A DNA stretch of 64,000 nt from Lama glama (GCA_028534125.1 CM052829.1:310001-374000), one strand, 5' to 3'. Counted from the first letter of the stretch, positions 1-12,264 are shown. The notes: a model not told the origin generated them from the letters alone. Translations and numbers: made by a program.

Positions 1-1165
1 GTGAAACGCGAAAGGCTTGGTTGTAGATCTAACAGGACGTGTGCAGGGTCTGCATGCTGAAAACGGCAGAATGCTGTGGGGGCAATCGAACAAGAACAAG
101 GGAAACGGGGAGGCTGTATTTATCAACTGGGAAGCAGTATAATAAGCATGTCAATTCTCGCCCAGTTAACCTACATGTTTAGTGTCATTTCAATAAAAAT
201 CCTAGGCGTGTTTTTTGTGTATATGTAGGGAAGCTAATTTTAAAATTTGCATGAAACAGCAAAACTGGAATAGCCGAAGTGATTTTGAAAAAGAATAATA
301 AAGTTGAAGGAACCAGACTATCCAGTTTTAAAGGCTATCGTAACTTGGACAGTATGAGACTAGCAAAGGGAAAGACACAGATCAACAGAGCAAAGCAGGC
401 AGACCAGCCCCAGTGATTTCTGGCCAAGCTTCAAAGGCAGCTCAGTGGAAAAAGGATTGTCCTTTGAACAAACATGTCATCAAAAGCACAATCCATTTTT
501 AAAAACTGATAAATTGGACTTTATTGAAATGAAAAACTTTTGTTCTGTGAAAGACACTCTTCAGAGGATGAAAAGACACGCTGCAGGGTGACAGAAAATA
601 TTTGCAAATTATGAGTTCAGCAAAGAGTTTCTATTCAACAGATGACACTCAAAACTCGACAGTGTGAAGACAACTGGATAATACTGGAGAGGAACAGTCA
701 CCGGAGGTCATAAGATGAGAATGCAGATTCAAACCATCACGCACTTAAACGGTGGCAACAGCAAGTACCGCCAGCGCCAGCTGCAGGTGAGGATGCGGGC
801 CCTCTCATGAGTCTCTGTGGGGATCAGCATCTCAGCCACCCTGGGGCACAGTGTGCTGGCTTCTTACAGAGCTGAACACGGCTACGTCTGGTGCCCCCGC
901 AGGGCAGTGACACTCGCAGCGACGTGGATGGCCTCAGAGGTACTGAGCTGAGTGCTGGAGTCTGGGCTCAGAGGCTACACACCACACCCTTCCACGTGTG
1001 ACAAAAGGACGAGACCAAACTAGAGGGAAGGTGGGCAGGGCTTCGGGGAGGCGTGGAGCGTGGCAGTGGGGTGGTTCCTCGGGGAGTCTGGATCCTGATG
1101 GTGGTGGTTACTCAAATCTACGTATGTGTTAAAATCCTAGAAGAGTTGACCCTCAGGGCACTTCT
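1..1165 (+). mobile_element. Degraded LINE-1 (L1M/L1MC-like), 3' part of ORF2 plus 3' UTR
   Basis: AAGCATGTCAATTCTCGCCCAGTTAACCTACATGTTTAGTGTCATTTCAATAAAAATCC (~145-202) is a decayed copy of the ORF2 segment KMSILPKLIYRFNAIPIKIP. AAAAACTTTTGTTCTGTGAAAGACAC and AAAATATTTGCAAAT are further ORF2 hallmarks. GTGGTGGTTACTCAAATCTACGTATGTGTTAAAATC (~1101-1136) is an L1MC-type 3' end. There is no intact reading frame. Confidence 0.85.
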
Positions 1166-4100
1166 GTCACCTGTTACCAACCACACACCTGCATGGGACA
1201 CTGTGGAGGCTCCAAGGAGGGGCACTGGGCAGCGCCAAGGGCTGTGGCATGAGCGGCGTTGGGCCTGCGGGGCTGTCACTGGGGCTGGAGCTGCCTCTGG
1301 GAGCTGGCTCCCAAGGCTCCAGCCCCCGACCCCGTCTCTGTGGACGGGAAGCAGCCGCCAGCTTCTTGTGGGAGGCAGGCTGGGAGCCGGGCCGCCCTGC
1401 CTGACGTCGGGGTCCTGCACCCTGGAAACCCCCTAGTCTGCAGCCGGGGGGTGGGCTCTTGGGGGCTGGGGCAGCTCACTCTGGATTGTTAAGTGGAGGA
1501 AACATCAGGTCCGTTGGACAGAAATACCCTCTGGGGGTGTGTGTGGAAAGTGTGCCGCCAGTGGAAAACAGACACTGCAGCCAAGAGCAGTGCTTCTCCC
1601 ACGTGGCCCCTAGAAAGCACCCTCCTCCGCGGAAGCACAGGCCTGGCCAGCCTGGGGCGCCTGGTCATCCACGCGCAGAGTGTTCTGCTCCTGTTTTGGA
1701 GGTGGGGCCCCAGGCCCCCCTCCCCACTGCCCCAGCCTCTCTGCTGTACCTGGGCCCCGCAGCGCTGAACTGCCCCTGCTGGCCCTTCCCAAAACCTGCA
1801 GAGCAAAGCCAGCCTCACCACCAGTGTCCCGGTGGGGAAGCTGAGCGGGGCGGCTGGGCGTCACACGGGAACCTGCGGGCGTGCCCCTCAGGCACAGCCA
1901 TGCAGAAACACCGTCACGTCTATTGCATTTGCTTACGTGTGGCCCAAGCCAGCCCCAGTCCGAGCAGAAGGCACCGTCGGTGTGACTGGAGTGCCGGGCG
2001 GGAAGACTCTATTAGCGACCAAGGTGTCCCCTTCCAGCCAGGTGATGTGACGATGTCTGTCCTCCCTGAACCTGCAGAGCGCGCTCCCAGCACTGGGGTG
2101 TCTTCAGTGCCTAAAACTGCTCCTTGTGGCAGCGAAGGCTCTGGAGAGGCCCGGCCTTTCAGGAGGACTCTTTGAAGCAGTGTTAGTAAGGAGCTCACAG
2201 TGTTGGCGTCTGAATTTCCTTCTCTGCTGATGCTGCTCCGGAAGCACCACCTTCCTTCTCTCTCCTGCGGTGGACAGAGGTCGCACCAGACGGCACCTCT
2301 GGAAAGTCGCCCGGTTTGTGGAGACTGTTCGCCCTGCTCTGCGCTGGCTCTGGGGCTGAATTCATCCCCCTCAGCCCTGAGGGCTGTGTTTACACAACAG
2401 AGGATTTTCTCCTCCAGTCCTGCTCCCGCAGCTCATGGCCTCTTGCCCGGGCAGTGGTGGGCAGGGCAGGGGCCCTTGGAGCCGGGCCCAGAGAAAGGAC
2501 GGGCACGCCCGGCACCCTGCCAGTCGGGGGTCCTGAGATCCGGCTCTGGGTGGAGGGTGTCCTTCTCTGCACCCTGGGACCCTAAGGAGGCTGCCTGGAT
2601 GGGGACTTCCCAGGATCAAGATAAGAGCCTGTGTGCTGAGGCCTTTGCCAGCCAGACAAGGGCGGCCTCTGTGTGAATTATTTCCTTAATTGTTACAGCA
2701 GCCAAGGGCGTTCGTCCCTGTTTCCAGTAAGAACGTTGTGGTTTAGGGCCACGAAGGGATGGGCCCGAGGTCACCGGGTCGTAGGAGCCAAGATGCAAGC
2801 CCTGGGTCGTGGCCTCACTCGGAGTTTGACCATAACTTTCTTTGCCTCTCGTACAGTGTTAGTTCTGGTAGGTTCTAGAGGGCCCCTCACTGCTCAGAAT
2901 GTGGCCTCGGGCCGGCAGCCCCACGTCACCTGGTGCTTTGGAAGTGCAGGGGCTCGGGCCCCGGCCCGGCCGTCCTAATCCGGATCTGCACTTCGGCGGG
3001 ACCCCAGGTGACTCGTGCGCCCCGAGCTGGGGAAGCGCTGACCTAGTCCAGTCTTCACCTGGTACTCGTGGGGCCGGGCCCAGGAAGCCGTTAGAAATCC
3101 CACCCTGGTTCTCCCGCTCTGACCTCCTGTCTGGCCCAGGCCACCGGCTCAGATGCACCCTAAAAGGAAGCCTGGAACAATGCTTTGGGTTTGTGCTAAA
3201 TTTGATTAGAAAAGAATTTCTTTCTGTCCAGATGGGGTTGTAACTTGTACATAAATAACAGAATTACAAGGGACAGGAGGGAACTCCGAGGGTGGTGATA
3301 AGAAGCGGGGACCCAGGAGGGCTTCCTGACGCGACCGCAGGGCGGGATGTGATGCGGTGCGGGGAGGGGCACAGCCAGGACCCCTGGGAGCTGGGTGTGA
3401 GGCGGATGCCACGGCCACCAGGGGCTCAGGAAGGCCGTGCTCTGTGTGTGGTGGGGGAGAGGGTCAGCGAGAGCTGGGGGCTTTGGGGAGGGGACCCCCT
3501 GGGTCAGGGCAGGAGGTGGGTGCTGCGGGGAGCGGGCTGGGGGGAGGACCCCGTGAGGTGGCGCAGGCGAGCACAGCTGGCACCGCAGGGTTGTAGGGCA
3601 GGAAGTGCGGGGCTGCCCCAGGAAGGAGCCCAGGCTCGTGTGGCCACTGGTCACGCAGTCGGCCTGAACTGTGGGTTTGAGGTGGGGCCTGCAGGAGGCC
3701 AGGAGGATGATGGTCGGTGCCAGGGAGGCGTGTGTTGAGGCCCCGGTGGGGGACCCCCTCCTCTCGGGGTGCGAGCCCCGGGGACTGTGACCCAGGAGCA
3801 GTGGGTTCAGCCGTTGGGGGCCCGAATTTGTCACAGCCCCATGGTCTGTCTCACAGTTGAAACAGCGCAAGCCTCTCTGCGATGACACCAACTGTCACAG
3901 GTCGACGTGGCCAGACCCCCGGACACCAGGTAAGCTGCCCAGACCCCCAGCCTTGTGGTTTTAAGTCACTGAAGAGACAATGGAGTGTCCCCCCTGAACA
4001 CGCAGTTGTATCCAGCCTGCACGGTGTCTGTGCATTCCTTTTACTTCACCAGGTGATGGAGAGGTTCTAGCTGGATGGGGTGCAGGTCTCAGAGGTGCTG

Positions 4101-5679
4101 CTGGCCTTGGGAAGCTGGAAGCTCTTTTTGCCCCAGAAGAGAAGAGGTGCAGGGACTGTAGAGGAGGTGTTAAGCTGATGAGGCTCATGGCCCGGGGGAA
4201 GTCCGCTGCCCGCCTGGCCACGCCTGCCTGGTGCTCTGGAGGCTTCCAAAGTCGCTGGTCAGAACCCTCCGGAGGGGAGAAGAGGAAAAGCTGCTGTTCC
4301 CAGGGTGGGGGCGGGTCCCCAGTTTGGAAAGGATACTCAACATAAGGCATTATTCTGCATTTGGGGGAAAAAGCAAAAACTGAGTTTTTCTAATGAAACG
4401 ACAAAACCCACTTGTCTGTTTTGAGATTTCCAGGAAATAAGAATCTCCTTCCCTGGTTACCCTCACAGGCTTGTGTTCAGAGAGCGAGAGCCCGCACCAG
4501 GAGGAGGAAGACCGCCAGGTCTGACGCTGTCTCGTGGTCACCGGCAGAAAGCAGAAGTGGAGGTGGGGGGAGCAGGACCCAGACTGAGCTGGGTAGTTTG
4601 CGTGAGATGGGGACATCCTTGCAAAGCTGCCCTTCCTGCGATGAAATTGGCTTTTTAAAAACGGGCTTTTCCGGTAATATTTCACTGACCACACCTGTCT
4701 GTGTCATCGAGCACCTCTGCCTGGGCCCCACCACACACCTGCGGGGGCAGCTCCCCAGCTGAGAGCCTCTCGTAAAATGTCCCCTCCCTGGATGACCCTT
4801 TGCAAGGCTGTCGGTGGCTGCTCCCCTCAGGCTCCTGAGCCCGGACCTGCCGGGAGGCCGGCAGTCAGAGGCAGGCGTCTGTGCTTCCTGCTGACCAGGA
4901 GGACAGGAATTTGCCCCTGGAATCAGTTGGTCTCCGTGGTGACTCTAAACGCAATTGTATTAATTCCCGCAGTAAAGCCAGTTGTTCTAGCTTGCCTGCA
5001 GAACCCTGCACAGCTTGCTTGCAACACAGCGAGCCCCGCCCAACACAGTGTCCTCTCGCTGCTGCTGCCCAGGAGCCCGGAGTTCTTGCCTTGGGTGATG
5101 TGGGAACTGCGTCGTTACGGCCACCCTTTGGGGGAGGGTTGAACTAGCTAAACCCAATGTGCTCACCCTCTAATCAGCAACAGCCTGGGGGCTGCGGGAG
5201 TCATTTTGGGTTAAGACTTGGATTTGTGTTCCGAGGAAGCAGTGCCTGCAGCCCCCGTGGCCGACCCGCAGAGGTCTTCGCCCCGGCCCCTCCCTTGCGG
5301 GCCCCCAGCCCTCCCACCCACTGTTCCTGTGCTCAGCAGACCCCTCGACCCCCCGACAGAGCTGCCTGCTCTGTCACCAGTGCTGTCCCTGGAACACCGA
5401 AGGGCTTTTCCTGCAGCCCCCGTGGAGCAGCGTCTCTGTGCACGGAAGACCCCAGCATCGTTCTGCACACCCTCAGCTCCAGCCGCCGGCACAGCTCAGC
5501 TGGCGGCTGGTGGCGGCTGACACAAGCCTGGCTGGTCTCTAGTTTCAAGAGGCCTGGTCTCTTGGGTAGGTTGGGTACTACTACTAATGAGCCTTTTCGT
5601 CCTGGGACAGGCGCAGACGTGGGCAGGGCTCCTTGGCTTTTATTTTAATCTTCTTTACCTGAGTCCTCCTCTTGGCTTT

Positions 5680-5830
5680 GTATTTGCTACTCACGACCTG
5701 GGGCAAATCACTGATGCTCTCAGCTCCCTAATTTGTGGAAGGACCGGCATGAGGCTGTGCCAGCGGAACGAGGCCCTGACCCGGAAGGTGGTCACACTGG
5801 GCTGCTGAGACATTAGACGTTACCAGCGGT
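5680..5830 (+). mobile_element. MIR SINE remnant
   Basis: TGCTACTCACGACCTGGGGCAAATCACTGATGCTCTCAG resembles the MIR core (GCCACTTACTAGCTGTGTGACCTTGGGCAAGTTACTTAACCTCTCTG). Confidence 0.5.
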
Positions 5831-8804
5831 CTCAGCAGATCAGCCTGCCCGGCAGGAATCGGTGGACATTCACAGAAGTATTTGAATAAAAACTACCTTA
5901 AACCCCACTTTCCTAGAACAAAGAAAAGGGGAGCATGGGGGCGGGTGCAGGGAGGGCGCCTTGGGGCAGACGTCCCCCTCCAGGCCTGGTTCTGGGCCAG
6001 TGCCACCCCTTGCTGGGGCCCACAGCGCAGTCACCTCCCTGAAGCTGGGGCCCTTGCAGCTCTGTGGAAACTCCACGGTGTCTCCGTCTGCATGGAGGGA
6101 AGCCGTCTCAGGGAGCAGCAGCCCTGGCTGTGAGGCTGCCAGCTGGACGCCCGCCCTGGCCCTTCACTTTGACCCTCCCCTCCCACCAAACCGTTACCTC
6201 AGGGGCCCCTCAAGAGGAGAGCACTCCCAGGGCCTGGTTTTAACAGCAGCTGAGCTCCCAGAGGGTGGACCTCCTGGAGGCAGAGCTTCCTGATTAGGTG
6301 GCATGGAAGTGGCAGTGCTGGAAGGGACAAAGCTGTCATCACCTCCACTGCACAGGAGAGGAAACCGGGGCATCGGGCAGTCAGTGGGAAGACCGGATGG
6401 CATGCAGGCAGCAAGTCCATGCACCCAGTCTTCTGTCCACCAGTCTAGGCCATCCTGGCTGTGTGTCCAGTGGGAGTCTGGGCTGGGCTACAGAGAGGCT
6501 CAGTCCAGCGATGCCTGGGGCACTCGAAGTAAGGAGCAGCATCAAGTGTCCGACGGGGACACTCCAACAGGGAAAGTCCACGTGAGTAGAGTGGTCCTGT
6601 TCCTGACCTGGTCCTTGGACCCCTAATCAATAGAAGTTGACAAGAGGCTGGACGAGAAGTGCAGGCGAGGCTTTGCTGGGACTCGTGCTGCAGCATAAGG
6701 GAGCGAGAACACGCAACAGGTGCCCTTGCTCCCCACCGGAGGGGGGCAAGCCGGCCCCTTAAATGGAGTGAGGGTGGGGGCGGGTCCAGGGGTGGGGCTG
6801 GAGGCGTGGCTCAGGTGATCTGCCCACCCCCGTGGCAGTGCGTGTGCTGGGATCACGCTCAGTGCCGTGCTTGGCTCCTGACACCTCAGAAGTGTCAAGT
6901 TGGGTTTTGGTGTTTTTGTATCTTGTTTCTAATTTGCTCTTAACCACACATGCAGGCAGTTATTTTTGGTCCCTCACAGTTTCTTTGTGTCCTGTTGCTT
7001 GAGGATATGTTTATCCAGGTGCAGTGCTGTTCTCAGGTGAGGCGCTGCTGCCGGGGCCAGGGCTGGAGGCGGGAGGCTGTGGGTGTGGCCCAAGGCTGAC
7101 GGAGGGCTACCTGCTGCATTTGATTTGAAGACAGACCTTGCCTGTTACTCTTCTTTCTGCTCTTGGAGGCTTCAGTTGGGATACGAGCCATCAGGTGACA
7201 GTGGTCTCTGGTTTATGGCTGTTTTGTTCTCAATGCTAGTCTTATTTAAAGGCTCTTTCAGAAAAGGAAATTTTCTGAATAAAAATGGAGATTTTCATTG
7301 AAGAAGCTAATGGTACAATTTATTAAAACCAATACCCACAATTCAGTCATGAATTAAAGAAGTGTAAATAATTGGGCATACACTGTGATTTTCTTTATTA
7401 AATTTAACAATTATGAATCACTTCTTTATCTACTTCGGGTTTTCTTCCAAGTTGAATATTGTTGTCTTGGTGTGTTGAGAGATTCAGTATTTGTAGGAAA
7501 CTAATACTTGGATCCTCTGGAAATCCAGGAGGGTTCTGTCAACTTATCTTTTGGGGCAAAGAAGGGAATGATGTTTCAGCTGTTGCCAGGGCTTCAGCCA
7601 GGGCTTCAGTTTGGCACTGGGGGCCCTATTGCCAATCTGTTTAGGTCAAAAGTGAGGTGGGAACACAGGCAAGTAGCTGGGTTATGATATGGAAATGCAA
7701 TTCCTGATAAAACTGACGATGTAGTCAGGACAGCGGCTGTCACTCTGCACACCACACCTCTCCAGATTGGTGGCTTACTTCTTGAAACCTGCTCCGCAGT
7801 TACTCAAAACGCACAATAACATGCGTCTGTGGGTGAACCCTAATTCTACAAAAGAGTAAATCAAAACAAATAGAACAGAAACGTGAAAACAATGCAAGAA
7901 GAATTGAAAACAAGTGCGCATGTCACACCTGGCCTGCCCTCCCTGGGGGCTGGCTGAAGAGGCTCTGGTCCTCAAAGACTCCTCTGGGCACGAGTCACTC
8001 AAGGCAGGCAGCAACGCAGAAAGGCAGCCTTCAGAGAAGAGGACATTACAGATCATCTGCCTGCATCTCTCAGACCTCAGAGTAGGGGCAGCACAAATTA
8101 CAACAACAGTGACAAGCTGTCTTTTAAAGAAAAACTTTCGAGAACTCATCAGTAAGGTGTTGGTTTAATTTGATGTTTGAGGAGAAGGGGGTTAAGGGGC
8201 AGAAATCCAGAATTCCAGGATGAAGATGACAAAGACAGGTAGTGACTCTGTGCAGGGACTCAGAGGAGGCATGCTCGTCTCAGGGCATAAACCAGTGCCT
8301 GCCTGCCTTTTTCTTTAAGGAGCACCATTTGGTGCTTGGGAAGCAAAGTGAGTTGGTAGATTATAAGCAACATTACCAGACATATTTATTCACCTTAGGG
8401 GGCACTTGTAGGGTTAGAACAAGAAGTCTTACATCCTAACATACCCCTTAAGGTAAACACATGAATCTTAAAATTTAGGTAAATGGACAGAACTTCAAAA
8501 AACAAAACCCCACAAAGATCCTTGACCACATTACTTGCAATACATTTCTAAATACCCTCAGAGAAGGAAGGGAAGATATAAGTGAAATGAAGTTACAAAA
8601 ATGAACCAGGTTGGGGTGAAGCAGTAATAGTAAGCATGAAGAAGATGGTAAATGGGATAAAGGAAAAAATGCTTCACTGGAATCCTGTTTCGCATTAATT
8701 AGTGAGAAGGATGATCAAGTTGAGTATCTCTTTGACAAGGCAGCACAAATAGATAAAGACTTAGAAACGTGTGCATGAGAGAGAGACGTTTATTTATATG
8801 TGCG

Positions 8805-8806
<2 letters not shown>

Positions 8807-8834
<28 letters not shown>
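8807..8834. repeat. (CA)14 microsatellite
   Basis: Perfect CA dinucleotide run. Confidence 0.95.
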
Positions 8835-8835
<1 letters not shown>

Positions 8836-9521
8836 GGAATACAGCTTAAGTTACGCCCAGTAATGTACTGCTTTGAATACATTTATCTGGAAACAGGAAT
8901 GGCGGAAAAATATAAACTAAGCATTCAGTTTTGAGAAAAAACCAACAGAGCAAATCCAAAGAATAAGAAGGAAAGCAGTCAGTAAAGGTAAGTAGAAATC
9001 AAAGAAATGGAGAACACGGCAACAAAAAGCAAGAGAAAAGATGAACAAAAACAAAGCCTGTTTATTTTTATGGAATCTGACAAGACTGATGAAGGGAAAA
9101 GTGCAAATACAGTAAAGAATATAAACATAAAAGTGGCAGGCAAGTAACTTCAGTTACAATAGAGATAAAAAATAGTAAGAATCTTGTAAACAAATATACC
9201 ATAATATATTTGGAAATGTAGGTGAAATAAATACATTTCTGGAGAAAAAATAAAATGCCAAATTTGCAAAATGCAAATTGGATAAACGTTCCAGAAATTG
9301 ACAATGGAATCCAAATTCTCTCATCTCTCAAACCACAGATTCAGAGATATTCCAACCTAAACATGGCATTCTAGAAAGCAGAAAAATAATATGCTCAGCT
9401 TAGTTTACAAAACTGGTGTAACCTTGATTCCAAACTAGATAAGGACAATACACAAAGAGGAAATTCATTTTACTCATGAATATAGATGCAAAAAATCCAG
9501 AATGAAATATTATCCAGCTGA

Positions 9522-9676
9522 GGGGCAGATGTAGCTCAGTGGTGTAGTGCATCTTTAGCATGCATGAGATCCTGGGTTCCATCCCCAGTGCCTCCATGAA
9601 ATAAAAATAAATAAACCTGGTTACTTCCCCTCCAAAAAGCCCCACAAACAAACAAACAAACAAAACAAAACAAAAC
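9522..9676 (+). mobile_element. tRNA-derived SINE (camelid Vic-1-like) inserted in the L1, with 10-bp TSD
   Basis: A box-like GTAGCTCAGTGG, B box-like GGGTTCCATCCCC, AAATAAAAATAAATAAACC linker and (AAAC)n tail. Flanked by the direct repeat ATCCAGCTGA at 9512-9521 and 9677-9686. Confidence 0.9.
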
Positions 9677-11289
9677 ATCCAGCTGAATCCAACATTGTAT
9701 TTCAAAAGCAATAGATAATGATCAGTGAGAGCTTATCCCAGGAATGCAAAGATAGTTCAACATCATAAAGTCTTTCAATGCAATATTGATGGATAGAAAA
9801 TCATAATTATATTGATCGGTGCAGAAAAAGCATTTACTAATGTTCAACATAATCTGACAGCAATTTACAACTTTCAATATTATCTGCAATACAAGCTCTT
9901 AAAAAGCTAGGGACAAGGGGATTTTTAAACTAGGATGTCCACTGCAATTCTGTTTAAAATAGCAATAAAAATCCATGCTAATCTTATGAGGAAAGATAAA
10001 AAGAGAGGCTTGGGAAAGGGAATTAAAGTGATAAACACTGTTATTTGTATGACTGTGATCATTTAAATAGACAAATCATCAGATTCAACAGACACATGGA
10101 TTAGAACCAACAAGAGAATTCAGCAGTTTTGCCAAACTTAAGATAAACTTCCAAAATTAGAGTGTTCATCTACATCAGTAATAACTAGAAAATATAATCA
10201 AAAAAAGATGTATTCACAATAGCAACAACATTTCTAAAGTATCTACAGAGCTAATATAACAAGAAGCACAAAAGTCCTCTGTGGGGAAGAACAGAAATCT
10301 GTGAAGAAGCCCCAGGTCAAGGGAAAGTCTGTGGAGAGGTCCTAGACAGGGTGACCCAGTATTTTAAAGATGTTGGTTTTCACCAGAACTATGTGTAAAT
10401 CCTTTGTAAGCCCAAATAAAAAAGATCCAGAATGAGTTCTATAGCTCAAGAAGATTCACCGAGAATATGGTTCACAAAAAAAAAAGTGTACTCTGCAAGA
10501 AGACATCCCAGTTCAATGAAACTCATCAGACACGATACTTGGAGGAGGAGGAACGCAGAAGGAAGTGGGGAATGGGACCAAGGGACTGAATCAATAAACA
10601 TGCAAATTTTAGAAGTGCCATGTGGAGTATGAATCACTCAGTCTCTTCCATCTGAGATCCATTGTTCCATCTTGGGTAAAATTTTAATTTTTGTGTTACT
10701 CCTCCTCCTATTGACTTGCCCTGTACCACATTCACTGTGGGCCACCCGCGGTTGCCCATGTCACCTTCATCAGGAGCCCACCTGACAAAGCATCCTCCGC
10801 CTGCAGGGCGGCCGGTCTGTCCTGTGGAGGAGGCAAACCCTGGCCGCTGGAGCTGGCTTGTGGAGCTTCTGATGCAGATGGCTCAAAGCGCGTCTCTCAC
10901 TGGCCACACTGATGCCTCTGGCTCAGCCTGACTAGATGGGGCTGTGGTCCTGTTGCATGAGGTGGAACCCCTTTGGGTCTTTCTCAGAGACACTTCATCC
11001 CTGGACCCATAATATTGAACAGCAAACCCAGTTCGCAGCCAGTGCAGATCTCGCACGGTCTCAGAGCACGGGTACTAAAGGGACATGGCCCATGCAGCAG
11101 GAGGAGTGTTACAAGGAAACACGCTGGCGAGTCCTGGGACCATGGCTGGCATGGGAGATTGTGGGCTGCTTTCCTGTCCAGACCTGCCCTCCACGGGGTT
11201 CCTCGCCCATCACTGAGCTCCAAGCCTGACCGTGGGGCACACAGATGAAAAGGAGGGAGCAGCCAGGCCGTCCCCGTTCAATGGGTTTT

Positions 11290-11720
11290 CCTTCATGGAC
11301 TCATTCTCTTCCACACTGACGTGGAGACGCAGGACGTGTGGTCCTGGGTGAGAGCCCACGTTTCTGCGATTAGACCCCCTCGCTGCTCAGCAGCAGCCGG
11401 CCCTTCCTCGGCCAGGCGCGCGTCCCACGACGGACCCCTGCCAACGGCCGTAAGGGCTGCTTCCAGTTTGGGGCTATCGTGGATACAGCAGCCAGTGTGT
11501 CCTCCTGCAGGTCTTCTGTGGACGTGTGTTTTCACTTCTCTTGGGTAAACGTCCCAGTTGGGACTGCGGGTCATGGGGCAGGTGTGCACTTGTCCTGTAA
11601 GAACCGCCACCTGTTCTCCGACGTGCTTGTACCACATGCGGCTGCACTAAAGACGTGTGCAAGTGTCTGTCACTGCACTTCCGTGCCCATAGTTGGACTT
11701 GTTCACACTTACCTTCTGAA
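11290..11720 (-). mobile_element. Degraded LINE-1 3' region (L1M), antisense
   Basis: GCTTCCAGTTTGGGGCTATCGTGGATACAGCAGCC...GGACGTGTGTTTTCACTTCTCTTGGGTAAACGTCCCAGTTGGGACTGCGGGTCATGG matches the antisense L1M motif TTTCCAGTTTGGGGCTATTATGAATAAAGCTGCT...GTTTTCATTTCTCTTGGGTAAATACCTAGGAGTGGAATTGCTGGGTCATATGG. Confidence 0.75.
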
Positions 11721-11835
11721 ACAATGTGGTTGTGAGTTGTGTACCCCTTCCCCATCAAACCTATTTCTGGAGCCACTGACTAGTGGGAAAGTAGCCTGTT
11801 TCAGTGTCCCTCCCCCACCCCCGCATCACATTGAC

Positions 11836-11926
11836 GGGAGGCAGACCCTTAACACAGATGGAGAGGAGGGTGGGAGACCACAGGCTTGGGTCGTCAGACC
11901 CTCAAGATGGGAGGCAGACCCTTAAC
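11836..11926. repeat. 18-bp exact direct repeat GGGAGGCAGACCCTTAAC
   Basis: Copies at 11836-11853 and 11909-11926, with a partial third copy (CAGACCCTCAA) between them. Confidence 0.9.
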
Positions 11927-11954
11927 GTGATTCCACGTTAAGAAGGGCCATGTG

Positions 11955-12130
11955 TGGGCAGCAGTGTGGGCTTTGGAGTAGCATCTTCCGAGTTTGAATC
12001 CTGAGTGCCCCACTCACTACTGAGGGGTCTCGCTAAGCCTCACAGGTGACAGCTAAGAACAGAGACACTCAGTTTCTAAGGGGGTTAAATGAATTCATGT
12101 GTACGAGTTTAGCCCAGTGTCCAGCACCTG
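11955..12130 (+). mobile_element. MIR SINE
   Basis: GGGCTTTGGAGT...GAGTTTGAATCCTGAGTGCCCCACTCACTA...GGTTAAATGAATTCATGTGTACGAGTTTAGCCCAGTGTCCAGCAC matches the MIR 5' part and 3' tail. Confidence 0.75.
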
Positions 12131-12264
12131 CTGGGCTCGGGGGTGACAGCGGCCTTGTTCACGTCACTGTCGGTGCGGCAGCGGCTCCCGCACACTCAGG
12201 AGTCCTTGACTTGCCGGGGGTCTGCCCCTGGGTCCCTGGGCAAAGGCCTGGGGTTGGGGCGGGG

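Larger units (their letters stand above)
8460..10650 (+). mobile_element. Fragmented ancient LINE-1 (ORF2 RT-region remnants, with an ORF1-like piece at ~8560-8850)
   Basis: A-rich sense strand. CCAGGAATGCAAAGATAGTTCAACATC (~9738) corresponds to GMQGWFNI; GGTGCAGAAAAAGCATTTACTAATGTTCAACAT (~9818) to DAEKAFDKIQH; ATTCACAATAGCAACA (~10212) and TTTAAAGATGTTGGTTTTCACCAGAACT (~10362) to later ORF2 motifs. Many stops and indels. Confidence 0.85.

Noticed and set aside
3857-3929. WW-domain-like ending (STWPDPR)
   Set aside because: Lacks the first Trp and the central aromatic pair of WW domains; likely coincidence.
7585-7608. 12-bp tandem duplication GCCAGGGCTTCA x2
   Set aside because: Ordinary slippage duplication with no further structure.
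9522-9595. tRNA-like sequence
   Set aside because: It is the head of a SINE (tail and TSD present), not a tRNA gene.
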